Source of the DNA: a virus
Length of the DNA: 64,000 nt
Direction: 5' to 3' (one strand)
Virus record (IMG/VR): IMGVR_UViG_3300042884_000193
Span: 55,557 to 119,556 of that record
The position numbers were made by a program, and so were the translations under genes. Below the pieces are notes generated by a model. That model was not told the DNA's origin, searched no databases, and saw only the letters and a list, made by a program, of their open reading frames with translations. Shown one piece after another: positions 47,459 through 56,579 of this stretch. Positions within the stretch are counted from its first letter, which is position 1. The number at the start of each line of letters is the position of its first letter.

Positions 47459-47682
47459 AACCAGGGGATTGTTTTATAGATGATTACTATGAGCCAGATA
47501 CTGTTGTATTAAAAGTTAGTGATATAATAGGGGTTGATCGTCATAAATGTAAAGTTGTTTATTCAAGTGACCCTGACCGTATGAGCATAGGTGAAATTAT
47601 AGTACGTACATCTGATGATGAGGACCTTATACCAGTAGCTATGATCACCATAGATAATAAAGTAATACTAATTAATTTATGA
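47455..47682 (+). CDS. Hypothetical protein
   Basis: 75-aa ORF. Confidence 0.55.
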   Translation: MKPGDCFIDDYYEPDTVVLKVSDIIGVDRHKCKVVYSSDPDRMSIGEIIVRTSDDEDLIPVAMITIDNKVILINL

Positions 47683-47972
47683 AAAGTAAAAGACTAACTG
47701 ATGATGACATGGTAAAAGATATAATCAACACCATGTTTATAATAGCTGGTCATGATGTATCCTATGAGGACATCAAAGACCGCAAGGATAAATGGTATGA
47801 AGAATGGACCATGACTCCTGAGCAAGAAGAAAAGTGGACGGAGTGGATGGTAGGGTACTTACGTAAGCATAGAAGGCTTACTATTAAGTATGCTCAGAGA
47901 TCTGCTTCTATGTATAACCTGATGTGGGGCCTTAAGGTCAACCGTCCTGAACTAGAGCAAGAGAATGAGTAA
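47679..47972 (+). CDS. Hypothetical protein
   Basis: 97 aa, Trp-rich. Confidence 0.65.
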   Translation: MKSKRLTDDDMVKDIINTMFIIAGHDVSYEDIKDRKDKWYEEWTMTPEQEEKWTEWMVGYLRKHRRLTIKYAQRSASMYNLMWGLKVNRPELEQENE

Positions 47973-48216
47973 GTTTATAACTGCTAACATTGACTTAATT
48001 AATAGCAAGTTAGCTAACCTTATTGGTGGAGAGACCTGTACCATGAAGGCGGAGGTAAAGATACTCACAGATAATATCATAGCCCTAAGAGAATGGGCAG
48101 ATGAAGAGGATGATGAGATCAACCCCAAAATGTGTGCTGTATATTTAACAAGCGGTGAATTCTTCATCCTGTATAAACCGTATGCAGAGGTAGTTGAAAT
48201 CTTAGAATGGTATTAA
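47965..48216 (+). CDS. Hypothetical protein, paralogue of 58634
   Basis: INPKMCAVYLTSGEFFILYKPYAEV vs INPDMCVVYLKSGELFFIFTPYEEV. Confidence 0.7.
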   Translation: MSKFITANIDLINSKLANLIGGETCTMKAEVKILTDNIIALREWADEEDDEINPKMCAVYLTSGEFFILYKPYAEVVEILEWY

Positions 48217-48229
48217 TAATTAAACAACT

Positions 48230-48370
48230 ATGGAAACAATAGGTTATGCTTTATTATGTATGCTAATGTGCATACCCATATTCTTTTTAATCTACATTGG
48301 GGTATGGATGCCTAAAGACAAAATGAAAGGTCATGCAGGTAGAGGTAAATGTAAATGTTGTAAAAACTAA
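48230..48370 (+). CDS. Mini-gene, membrane peptide (46 aa)
   Basis: Not in the ORF track. METIGYALLCMLMCIPIFFLIYIGVW...CKCCKN. Confidence 0.55.
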   Translation: METIGYALLCMLMCIPIFFLIYIGVWMPKDKMKGHAGRGKCKCCKN

Positions 48371-48381
48371 AAACTTTAAAC

Positions 48382-48486
48382 ATGAACAATCTTAGTAAAA
48401 GATTATCAATGCTCACGGTAACCGTGTTGCAGAAAATAGCTAGAGCCTGTGTTGATAGGTCAGCTAAAATATTAAACAAACTTTAA
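48382..48486 (+). CDS. Mini-gene (34 aa)
   Basis: Not in the ORF track. MNNLSKRLSMLTV...LNKL; the stop falls inside the junction repeat. Confidence 0.45.
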   Translation: MNNLSKRLSMLTVTVLQKIARACVDRSAKILNKL

Positions 48487-48498
48487 AACTAAATAACT

Positions 48499-48660
48499 AT
48501 GACACCACAAGAGAAGGACTATATAAGCTATTCTTGCGTAGCTGTTGCAAATAACATTTACTCTTTAGAAATAGTAACTCCTGATGGTCTTATGCTATTT
48601 CAAGGAAGTCTTGAAGATTGTAAAGCGCAAATTAATTATATGAACTTTAAAACTAAATAA
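48499..48660 (+). CDS. Mini-gene (53 aa)
   Basis: Not in the ORF track. MTPQEKDYISYSCV...NFKTK, bounded by junction repeats. Confidence 0.55.
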   Translation: MTPQEKDYISYSCVAVANNIYSLEIVTPDGLMLFQGSLEDCKAQINYMNFKTK

Positions 48661-48662
48661 CT

Positions 48663-48758
48663 ATGGAACACATTTATTTTTGGGTGCCAACCTTATTACA
48701 AGTCATAATGATTATTGAATTAAGACTTATTAGGGAGAACACAAAGAACAAATATTAA
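48663..48758 (+). CDS. Mini-gene (31 aa, hydrophobic)
   Basis: Not in the ORF track. MEHIYFWVPTLLQVIMIIELRLIRENTKNKY. Confidence 0.5.
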   Translation: MEHIYFWVPTLLQVIMIIELRLIRENTKNKY

Positions 48759-48777
48759 ACTCTAAAACTAAATAATT

Positions 48778-49017
48778 ATGACACCTAAAGAGAAAGCAGA
48801 AGAATTGTTAGATAAGATGAATGTAATTCATTATCGCACGTTAGTTGGTAAAAAAAAGGATATGAGAGTTCCTATTTCAATGTACGATAGCCAAATTAAG
48901 CAATGTGCCTTGATAGCAGTAGATGAGATAATTAACACAGGACTTTTAGAAGGCACAACAACAGGAGTGTTAAAAAAGTATTGGAAAGAAGTAAAACAAG
49001 AAATAGAAAAACTTTAA
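48778..49017 (+). CDS. MTPKEKA-family small phage protein
   Basis: MTPKEKAEEL...KQCALIAVDEII...YWKEVKQEIEKL. Confidence 0.7.
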   Translation: MTPKEKAEELLDKMNVIHYRTLVGKKKDMRVPISMYDSQIKQCALIAVDEIINTGLLEGTTTGVLKKYWKEVKQEIEKL

Positions 49018-49030
49018 AAACTAAATAACT

Positions 49031-49297
49031 ATGGAAAAGAAACAAACTGCGGTTGAATGGTTCATTGAACAACTCGATAAACTTGAATATGAGTATGATG
49101 TTGAAGGAATAAGCATATTAGAGTTCGACAAAAGAAAAATAGAAATTGAAAACCAAGCCAGGCAAATGGAGAAGGAGCAACACGAAGAAACTTGGTTTAG
49201 TAGTAGAGTAGAAGATATGGGTGATGAATTTAAGGTGGAGCAAAAGTCATTTGAGGACTACTATAACGAAACTTACGGAGGTCAAGATGAAAACTAA
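49031..49297 (+). CDS. KQTAV-family small protein, copy 1
   Basis: MEKKQTAVEW...QMEKEQ...YYNETYGG. Confidence 0.75.
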   Translation: MEKKQTAVEWFIEQLDKLEYEYDVEGISILEFDKRKIEIENQARQMEKEQHEETWFSSRVEDMGDEFKVEQKSFEDYYNETYGGQDEN

Positions 49298-49574
49298 AAC
49301 TGTAGAGAGACTAATGGCTGAGACACCTGAAGATGTTAAGAAACAAGTAAGTAGATATGCAGATGGTTTAGTTATGGGTAAGTATCTAATGTGGGTATTA
49401 GCATTTATCTTACTACTAGATTGTGCTGCTACAATAGGTTTATACCTATCTGTAAAGGATAAGCCTCTTGAGAGAGAGGACTACCAAATGTTTAAAGCTG
49501 TTAAGATACCGGAGGATACCGTTTGGGTAGACCCGATAACTGTAGGCACAACAACTGATCCTGAAGGTTTATGA
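49287..49574 (+). CDS. Membrane protein
   Basis: Likely start is MKTKTVE; one TM helix. Confidence 0.55.
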   Translation: MKTKTVERLMAETPEDVKKQVSRYADGLVMGKYLMWVLAFILLLDCAATIGLYLSVKDKPLEREDYQMFKAVKIPEDTVWVDPITVGTTTDPEGL

Positions 49575-49717
49575 CAACAAAAGAAGTATTAGAAGATCTT
49601 ATTAAGCAGATGGAGAATTTGCGTAATAACAAGACAGTACCTTATCTTAACCCTTACAAGGGTATAGAGGACTGTGTTGAAATGCTGTATAAAAGAATTA
49701 AAACCCTTAAAGAATGA
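49571..49717 (+). CDS. Hypothetical protein (48 aa)
   Basis: Not in the ORF track; ATGA overlaps at both ends. Confidence 0.55.
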   Translation: MTTKEVLEDLIKQMENLRNNKTVPYLNPYKGIEDCVEMLYKRIKTLKE

Positions 49718-50022
49718 AGACTGAGTACACTAACAGGTATGGTGATGTAATTACCTTTGAGAAGAAGGATAATGTCATAGAGATGACTGGTTTTACTGAG
49801 CACTACCGCGTAGGTGGATGGCCTGGTGAAACAGAGATGCCTAACTATAAGTTCTCTATGATAGACCCTAGTGGTGGACCATACATTACTGCTCAAGCGG
49901 AGTGGCATGGTGAGGAGATGAATGGTACAGATATGGGATCTTTCCTACCAGAGTGGGCAGGTCTTAAGATAGAGTACATTACAGTAGAGGATAAGCTAGC
50001 TAAATTACATTTATGCAGTTGA
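49714..50022 (+). CDS. Hypothetical protein
   Basis: NRYGDVITF...MIDPSGGPYI motif of a common phage family. Confidence 0.65.
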   Translation: MKTEYTNRYGDVITFEKKDNVIEMTGFTEHYRVGGWPGETEMPNYKFSMIDPSGGPYITAQAEWHGEEMNGTDMGSFLPEWAGLKIEYITVEDKLAKLHLCS

Positions 50023-50354
50023 AAAGAGAAGATGAAGACAGACTCAAGATTGCTAATCTTGTAGTGTGGTTACAAATGGCTGTATTTGCAGCTGATGAAA
50101 CTACTCATATTAAGTGGTTTAATAGGCATAAGACTAAGAATGTCTTGAATAACTTTAATGATATCGTGGTTAAAGAACACGGTCCATTACTGAAAGCATT
50201 CTGGGATATACCTGACCAGATAGACATGGTGGAGATGTCTAATAGATTGAGCAAGTTTGCAGAGCTCATAACAGATATGAATTATCTGGAGATGCAAGAG
50301 TGTGCGGAATTAATAGAGAAACATTTAAAACAAAAAAGAAATGGAAACGTTTAA
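50013..50354 (+). CDS. Hypothetical protein
   Basis: 113-aa ORF. Confidence 0.6.
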   Translation: MQLKREDEDRLKIANLVVWLQMAVFAADETTHIKWFNRHKTKNVLNNFNDIVVKEHGPLLKAFWDIPDQIDMVEMSNRLSKFAELITDMNYLEMQECAELIEKHLKQKRNGNV

Positions 50355-50706
50355 TGTATTTGATGTATGTGTATTTGTATTTACTGGTTTAACTACTGGT
50401 ATGGCTATAGGTTTAGCTATTAGAAATAAGAAGACTAAGAATCTTCAGGATGAACTAGACTATCTAGAAAATAGGTACAAGAGTTTAGTAGATGATTATA
50501 CTGAATGTGTTATTGAAAATCACAATGTACAGTGTGTTATTGAAAATCACAGACTACAGTTTGAGAAGTATTTAAAACCTATTACTCCTGTTAAGAAAGA
50601 GGTTGTAGTTAAGAAGAAAGTAGGAAGACCTAAAGGAAGTACTAATAAACCTAAACAAGATGGCAAACCAACTACCCGTAAGTATACGCGCAAAAGTAGT
50701 AAGTAA
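50341..50706 (+). CDS. Membrane-anchored protein with AT-hook-like basic tail
   Basis: N-terminal TM helix, coiled coil, KKVGRPKGS. Confidence 0.6.
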   Translation: METFNVFDVCVFVFTGLTTGMAIGLAIRNKKTKNLQDELDYLENRYKSLVDDYTECVIENHNVQCVIENHRLQFEKYLKPITPVKKEVVVKKKVGRPKGSTNKPKQDGKPTTRKYTRKSSK

Positions 50707-51034
50707 GAACTTAGAGATAGATCCATTGGGATCTGCTAAGTTGTCTCAATTTATCCAGGGTATGGATGAGGGTGATACAATTATTATTACTTATGAAGTA
50801 CAGAATGATGATGCTAGCTATGCTCAAGTGAGTAAAGTGCATAAACACATCAGAGAACTTGCTAGTTATACCGGTGATTCATTTGAAGATATGAAACTCC
50901 AGGTTAAGTTACGTGCTGGTTTATGTAATAATTCAGATTGCAAATCTTTTGCTGATTGTAGCAAAGAAGAAGTGTCTATGGCTATTCAGGCGTCGATTGA
51001 GATTGGGGAGCTTGTGGGTTTTTCTCTGTATTAA
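50660..51034 (+). CDS. NinB/Orf-like protein (putative)
   Basis: ASYAQVSKVHKHIRELASYTGDSFEDMK...SFADCSKEEVS resembles the NinB family. Confidence 0.5.
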   Translation: MANQLPVSIRAKVVSKNLEIDPLGSAKLSQFIQGMDEGDTIIITYEVQNDDASYAQVSKVHKHIRELASYTGDSFEDMKLQVKLRAGLCNNSDCKSFADCSKEEVSMAIQASIEIGELVGFSLY

Positions 51035-51326
51035 CCATCTCACCAGTTTCTACGTCTAATGTAGTTTTTTTAATCTTACCTTGTTCTCTTGCGGCTTCTT
51101 CAATTAGAAGTGTAAGTCCAAAGAGAACTTTGTATTTAAAGAAATCTAGGTTATCATCTGATGTACTAGAGTTAACAGACTCCATTAATAGTTTGTAGCT
51201 GTCCATATCTTTTGGAAGCAAATCAATAATTAGTTTGTTAATTTGAGCATACATTGCTGCAGGAATTTCTACAGTTACTGATGTTTGCTCGTCAAGTACA
51301 TCAATGTCAATAGTTTTATTTGCCAT
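50982..51326 (-). CDS. Hypothetical protein, lone antisense gene
   Basis: 114 aa filling the gap between plus-strand genes. Confidence 0.65.
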   Translation of the reverse strand: MANKTIDIDVLDEQTSVTVEIPAAMYAQINKLIIDLLPKDMDSYKLLMESVNSSTSDDNLDFFKYKVLFGLTLLIEEAAREQGKIKKTTLDVETGEMVNTEKNPQAPQSQSTPE

Positions 51327-51351
51327 AAATTTAAATTTAGAAAGCTAAGAT

Positions 51352-52059
51352 ATGCTAGAAAGTGTAAACCTACAAGATGTAAAACAAAAACTCGTAAGCA
51401 AACTTCAACCTTGTGGTTGGGGTGCTAAGCTAAGAACCTTTATGCTGGGAGAAGATATGGATGTTATATTAGATAAGCTTCTCAAAGATGCCTTAGATAA
51501 TAAAAGATTCACTCCTAAGATTAAGGATATCTTTAATGCTTTTGAGGAATGTCCTTTTGATACTACAAGAGTAGTTGTTATTGGTCAGGATCCCTATCCG
51601 CAACTTAATGTTGCTGATGGCTTAGCATTTAGCTGTAGTAAGAAAGGTAAGATAGAAGCCTCTCTTGCATATATGCACGGGTCTATTAAAAAGACAGCAG
51701 TTCCCGGTTATATTGGTAGTTGTGATCTCAAGCCTTGGGCTAATCAAGGTGTGTTATTATTAAATAGTGCATTTACAACGGTGATAAATAAACCAGGTAG
51801 TCACTATTTGCTATGGCGCCCTTTCCTTGTACAAGTATTAGATAGTTTAGTTTGGGAAAAGCCCGGACTCATCTATGTATTCTTAGGTAAGAAAGCTCAA
51901 GAGTATGCAGATCTAATTCCTGATAACAATTATAAGATTATGGTATCGCATCCTGCGAGTGCTGCTTATGAGAATCAAGAAGAGTGGGACTGTGAAGACA
52001 TGTGGAATAAGATTAACAAATATTTAGAACAAGATGGAGGAACCAAAATATCCTGGTAA
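51352..52059 (+). CDS. ung: Uracil-DNA glycosylase (family 1)
   Basis: VVIGQDPYP, ADGLAFS, WANQGVLLLN and SHPAS motifs. Confidence 0.9.
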   Translation: MLESVNLQDVKQKLVSKLQPCGWGAKLRTFMLGEDMDVILDKLLKDALDNKRFTPKIKDIFNAFEECPFDTTRVVVIGQDPYPQLNVADGLAFSCSKKGKIEASLAYMHGSIKKTAVPGYIGSCDLKPWANQGVLLLNSAFTTVINKPGSHYLLWRPFLVQVLDSLVWEKPGLIYVFLGKKAQEYADLIPDNNYKIMVSHPASAAYENQEEWDCEDMWNKINKYLEQDGGTKISW

Positions 52060-52318
52060 AGTAAAAGTGTCTGCATTTATAGATGTAAACTTTGGAGAGA
52101 TGTGGTTTGAGGTTGAAGGTAAAGGTAGGCTGACTATAAAAAACAAATGTTTATATGATGCTCTATCTAAGTTTGATATCAAGATGGACCGCGCTAAGGA
52201 AATTGTTAAGGTTATTGCTAATGATATAGCAAGCTGTCGTAACTATTATGTTGATTTATGTGATTACCGAGTAAGTTATGAAGAAGAAACAATTGAATCA
52301 GTTACAGCAGAATGTTGA
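52034..52318 (+). CDS. Hypothetical protein
   Basis: 94-aa ORF. Confidence 0.5.
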   Translation: MEEPKYPGKVKVSAFIDVNFGEMWFEVEGKGRLTIKNKCLYDALSKFDIKMDRAKEIVKVIANDIASCRNYYVDLCDYRVSYEEETIESVTAEC

Positions 52319-52763
52319 CAGCTATGTTAGAGACTTAAACACATCAATTAGTGCAGCTGTAAATAAGTTTTTTGCTCAAATGAGTGAGATACTTGAGGAA
52401 GATATTGATCATGATGATTATATCTTACCATGCACTGTAACATTTGAAGAGCTTGTGCAAATTGTAGAGGATACATTCCCTAGGGAAAAACCTTTTACTG
52501 CTAGTGTAAGTTCAAGAGCTAATCGTGTACCTTTGATAAGGCAGCTGACATATTACATTGGTGCAAGCATGGGTCATACATATAATCATATGTATAATGC
52601 ATTGAATGTGCTATATGGTAATAAGGTTATTAAGAATCATGCTACTATAGATCATAGTATTAAGAAGATCCGAGATCTTTTATCTATCAATGATCCTAAG
52701 TGCATTACTCTAAGGTTGCAAATTATGAATGCTGTAATTAAATATGTAGAAAAAGATGAATGA
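52278..52763 (+). CDS. DnaA C-terminal-like HTH protein
   Basis: SRANRVPLIRQLTYYI...NHATIDHSIKKI resembles DnaA domain IV. Confidence 0.6.
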   Translation: MKKKQLNQLQQNVDSYVRDLNTSISAAVNKFFAQMSEILEEDIDHDDYILPCTVTFEELVQIVEDTFPREKPFTASVSSRANRVPLIRQLTYYIGASMGHTYNHMYNALNVLYGNKVIKNHATIDHSIKKIRDLLSINDPKCITLRLQIMNAVIKYVEKDE

Positions 52764-53310
52764 GCTATTTGAGTTTTTAGAAGCCAATAAGATTACACCT
52801 AACCAGTATTATCTTTTATGGTGTATACATACGGGTAACAAGCCTAAGAATATTAATGCTCACCTAGAACTTAGAGCATTACAAGCTTCTAACTTTGTAA
52901 AGGGTGCTAAGCTTAATGACTCAGCTCTTGCTTTGATTGGACATACTCCGGCTGTAAAAGAATTTAGTTTTGAAGAAGGTGCATCAAGCATTGATACATT
53001 TATTTCTATATTCCCTAAGGGTAAGTTGCCTACGGGTAAACCTGCCAGAGTGAACAAGAAAAATATTGAAGATGCTTTTAAGTGGTTCTTTAATAACTAT
53101 GACTATAGCTGGGATGTAATACTACAAGCAACATTGTATTATGTTGAGACCTATGAGAAAAGTAATTTCATGTATATGAGGAATTCTCAATACTTTATCC
53201 GTAAACAAAATACAGATAGATCTTGGGACTCAGAGCTTGCTAATTACTGTGAGATTATTATTAACGGAGATGAAGAAGACACATCTCATTTTACTGATAG
53301 AGTTGTATGA
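52756..53310 (+). CDS. Putative replication initiator/helicase-associated protein
   Basis: FISIFPKG...YMRNSQYFI; located upstream of DnaB. Confidence 0.45.
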   Translation: MNELFEFLEANKITPNQYYLLWCIHTGNKPKNINAHLELRALQASNFVKGAKLNDSALALIGHTPAVKEFSFEEGASSIDTFISIFPKGKLPTGKPARVNKKNIEDAFKWFFNNYDYSWDVILQATLYYVETYEKSNFMYMRNSQYFIRKQNTDRSWDSELANYCEIIINGDEEDTSHFTDRVV

Positions 53311-53504
53311 GTTTAATTTCTGAAAAGTTTTTAGCTAAGTTTTTGGTATCCGCTGTGGTATCACTAATGTGCTGGACAATTATAAATAATGTGGTCACTC
53401 CAATTGGTTTTGGCTCCTATCTTTTTATAGAATTTCTCTTGCTTGTGGCAAGGTTTTTTTATATATTTGCATGGAAGAGAATCGATGGGTACACACCCAG
53501 ATAA
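53307..53504 (+). CDS. Small membrane protein
   Basis: Two hydrophobic helices. Confidence 0.5.
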   Translation: MSLISEKFLAKFLVSAVVSLMCWTIINNVVTPIGFGSYLFIEFLLLVARFFYIFAWKRIDGYTPR

Positions 53505-53522
53505 TGTAAATCCCAATAATTA

Positions 53523-54536
53523 ATGCTTAATGAATCTGAAGATGTAAACAGTCTTCCCTGGAATAGTCAGCGAGAAGGTTTCCTAGACTCGCTCAACTAT
53601 ATGAAGGGCAGACAAGAAGGTCGGATTAAAAGTTTAAAGACACCTTGGGATAAGTTTAATGATGCTACAACAGACGGTCTAGAATGGCACTCTATGACAG
53701 TTATAGGTGGAAGACCTGGTAGTGGCAAAACTCTTATTAAAGATCAAATTGTAAGAGAAGCTTTTAAACTTAATCAAGGTGAATCATTTAGGGTACTAGA
53801 GTTTCAGTTTGAGATGCTAGCCCGGACTAGTGCCATTAGAGAATACTCTAGTGTGCTTGGAAAATCTTATAAGTATTTGTGTAGCGCTGACGGCAAGCTC
53901 ACTACTGAAGATCTCCAGAAATGTTATCAACATGCCGTTGAGAGAGTAAAGTATCCAATAGATGTTGTAGAAAATCCTATTACTGTAAATGAGTTAAAGG
54001 ATATAGTACAGCAGTATATGAACTTTCATGCTATAAGAGATGAGGATAAAAACTTTGTAGCTTATTGCAAGACTGTAGTGACACTTGATCACTCTCTCCT
54101 ATTAAAGAAAGCGCCATTTGAAAAGGACAAGTATGATACTTTGTATAATTTAGGAGAGGCTATAACAGAACTTAAACGTAAGTTTCCAATAGCTTTTATT
54201 ATCCTGACACAATTAAACAGAGGCATAGATAATCCTGAAAGGAATGAGGACGGTAGGTATGGTAATTACATACTTGAGTCTGATATTTTTGGTTCAGATG
54301 CGCTATTGCAACATGCGGATACTCTTGTTGGTATTAACAGGCCAGGTAAACAGAAGATTAAAATGTATGGTCCTGACAAATACCTTATTGAAGATGATCG
54401 TATCCTAGTACTACACTTTCTTAAGTGCCGTAATGGTGATAACCGCATGAGTTTTTTCAGAGCAGAATTTGAAAAGATGAGGATTTCAGAAATGGAAACC
54501 CCACCTAAACAAGAAAGAAAATTAACAACAAGATGA
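53523..54536 (+). CDS. dnaB: DnaB-like replicative helicase
   Basis: GGRPGSGKT, FQFEM, LDH, LTQLNR and KCRNG motifs; TATATTTG element at 53462. Confidence 0.9.
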   Translation: MLNESEDVNSLPWNSQREGFLDSLNYMKGRQEGRIKSLKTPWDKFNDATTDGLEWHSMTVIGGRPGSGKTLIKDQIVREAFKLNQGESFRVLEFQFEMLARTSAIREYSSVLGKSYKYLCSADGKLTTEDLQKCYQHAVERVKYPIDVVENPITVNELKDIVQQYMNFHAIRDEDKNFVAYCKTVVTLDHSLLLKKAPFEKDKYDTLYNLGEAITELKRKFPIAFIILTQLNRGIDNPERNEDGRYGNYILESDIFGSDALLQHADTLVGINRPGKQKIKMYGPDKYLIEDDRILVLHFLKCRNGDNRMSFFRAEFEKMRISEMETPPKQERKLTTR

Positions 54537-55069
54537 GTATATCAACAAAAACCGAGGATTCAAGGGACAAAGTGGCTGAGCTTAGAAAACATCATGAGCC
54601 ATTGCTAGATGCAATAGGACAACCTGATGCTTTATTTCAACCTAAGTTAGCATATGTTCCTAAAGGAAAGACAGAAGCTCATGTGAGTTTCTTCTTAGGA
54701 GATTTTAAAAAGAAGCAAGATATCTACATTGAATTTGCAAGTAGAGATCTTGAAGTAGAAGATCCTTCAAGAACATTATGGTTGTGGCAGTTTAATCCAC
54801 ACTGGGAAGAAGAATATGATACTACCGAGCCTATGGCTAATGGTCAAGTAAGATATCTTATTCCTGTATCAGAATTAATGAAGGTGTCTGCACCTGTAGA
54901 AAAGAAAGTAGCAACCTCTGAGCAATTAGATCTTATTACATTCTTCTCTGAGATTATTGATCCTGATCAGGATGTACCACTTGACCAAATGACTGTTAGA
55001 GATCTTGCAGCTATTCTTTTAAAGAAGCCTGTAAGTAATAAGAAATGGTTAAATGATTTAATTAAATAA
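54533..55069 (+). CDS. Conserved replication-block hypothetical protein
   Basis: 178 aa between the helicase and the ATPase. Confidence 0.65.
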   Translation: MSISTKTEDSRDKVAELRKHHEPLLDAIGQPDALFQPKLAYVPKGKTEAHVSFFLGDFKKKQDIYIEFASRDLEVEDPSRTLWLWQFNPHWEEEYDTTEPMANGQVRYLIPVSELMKVSAPVEKKVATSEQLDLITFFSEIIDPDQDVPLDQMTVRDLAAILLKKPVSNKKWLNDLIK

Positions 55070-55070
55070 C

Positions 55071-55814
55071 ATGGAGATTAAACTTCCTACTAGTAAGGTT
55101 CCGGCTGAGCAATCAAGTCCGCGTAACCTGGTAATCTTTTCAAAGCCAAAGACTGGCAAAACAACATTATTGTCACAGCTTGATAACTGTCTTATTCTAG
55201 ATTTAGAAAAGGGCTCTAAGTATGTAGATGCGATGAAAGTTGAAGCTCACTCTATTGAGGAGATTAAGCAAATCGGTAAAGCAATTACAGAAGCAGGTAA
55301 CCCCTATAAGTATATTGCTGTAGACACAATCACTGCATTAGAAGAGATGTGTATTCCGTATGCTGAACAATTGTATATGAAAACTCCTATGGGTAAGAAC
55401 TGGCCTACTGATGGTAAGCTTAAGTACGGAACCATTATAGGACTACCTAACGGTGCTGGTTACCAGTATCTTAGAGAAGCTTTTACGAAAGCTGTAGCCT
55501 ATATTCAAACATGGGCACCTAGAATTATTCTAGTAGGACACGTGAAAGATACAATGTTGGAGAAAGATGGTGCTGAGTTTAACTCATTAGATTTAGATCT
55601 AACAGGTAAACTAAAAAGAATTACAGCATCTAATTCTGATTCTATTGGATATCTTTACAGAAAAGGTAAGAAGAATATCTTGAGCTTTAAGACTAGTGAT
55701 GAGATTGCATGTGGTGCAAGACCTAGGCACTTGAGTAACCAAGAAATTATTCTATCTGAAATAGATAGCGAGGGTAATATTACTACAAACTGGGATAAAA
55801 TTTACATTGATTAA
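55071..55814 (+). CDS. AAA_24/Sak4-like ATPase
   Basis: SKPKTGKTT, LDLEKG, AVDTITAL and LVGHVKD motifs. Confidence 0.8.
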   Translation: MEIKLPTSKVPAEQSSPRNLVIFSKPKTGKTTLLSQLDNCLILDLEKGSKYVDAMKVEAHSIEEIKQIGKAITEAGNPYKYIAVDTITALEEMCIPYAEQLYMKTPMGKNWPTDGKLKYGTIIGLPNGAGYQYLREAFTKAVAYIQTWAPRIILVGHVKDTMLEKDGAEFNSLDLDLTGKLKRITASNSDSIGYLYRKGKKNILSFKTSDEIACGARPRHLSNQEIILSEIDSEGNITTNWDKIYID

Positions 55815-55824
55815 ACTAGAAAAA

Positions 55825-56517
55825 ATGATTAGCACAAAAAACATCGGAGGAGAACAATCCTCGTCAACACCAAAGACATTGCAACCAGGTAACAATGCCT
55901 GTAAAATTCTTGGTTTAAAGCTTGAACCAACTCGCTTTGATCCTAAAGCTTTTAATGTAATGTTGAGCCTTGAAGGTAATGATCTAGGATCAGACTTTGA
56001 GGGATTCTTTATCAATAAGGATGATGAGTCTCTGGGTCGTCACAAAGGTCAAGTAGGTAGAGTGCGTCTTAGTGAGTATGCTTACCAAGATGGTACTACT
56101 AAAAGTGGTATTAAAGTTAACCGTGACTATGAGATATTGCGCGCTCTTCAGAACCTGTGCAAAGTAACTGGATGTACTGATTGGTTTGAGAAGCAAGATA
56201 ATCAGCATGATACTATAGAATCTTTTGTTAATCAATTTGATTCTGATCTTCCTTGTACAGATAAGTTTGTTAACTTCTGTATTGGTGGTAAAGAGTATCA
56301 AAACAAACAGGGCTATACTAACTTTGATTTATATGTAGTAAAGCCAGCTCGTGGTCAATATGGTTACGAGTCAGCTGATGTAGCACCTGAGAATAGTAAG
56401 CTTATGAAATTTGATTCTGCTCTTCACATTAAGAAAAGTAAGTCAGATACAGTTACATCCTTTGGAGATGGTCCTGTAACAACCTCATCATCAGTGAGTA
56501 ACGATTTTGAGTTGTAA
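55825..56517 (+). CDS. SSB-like protein (putative Sak4 partner)
   Basis: Likely start is MISTKN; follows the ATPase; ends NDFEL. Confidence 0.5.
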   Translation: MISTKNIGGEQSSSTPKTLQPGNNACKILGLKLEPTRFDPKAFNVMLSLEGNDLGSDFEGFFINKDDESLGRHKGQVGRVRLSEYAYQDGTTKSGIKVNRDYEILRALQNLCKVTGCTDWFEKQDNQHDTIESFVNQFDSDLPCTDKFVNFCIGGKEYQNKQGYTNFDLYVVKPARGQYGYESADVAPENSKLMKFDSALHIKKSKSDTVTSFGDGPVTTSSSVSNDFEL

Positions 56518-56535
56518 ATTATTTGGTTGTTAATA

Positions 56536-56567
56536 GGAAGGGGAGTATTTTCACTCCCCTTTCTTTT
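56536..56567 (+). terminator. Rho-independent terminator
   Basis: aaggggagt-atttt-cactcccctt followed by a T-rich run. Confidence 0.7.
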
Positions 56568-56579
56568 ACCCTATAAATT

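Larger units (their letters stand above)
48481..49033 (+). repeat. Array 1 junction repeats CT(T/C)TAAAA(A)CTAAATAA(C/T)TATG
   Basis: Copies at 48481, 48645, 48760 and 49012, each ending in the ATG of the next mini-gene. Confidence 0.85.

Noticed and set aside
48481-49033. CRISPR array formed by the junction repeats
   Set aside because: The intervening segments vary from about 90 to 230 nt and are ORFs, not fixed-length spacers
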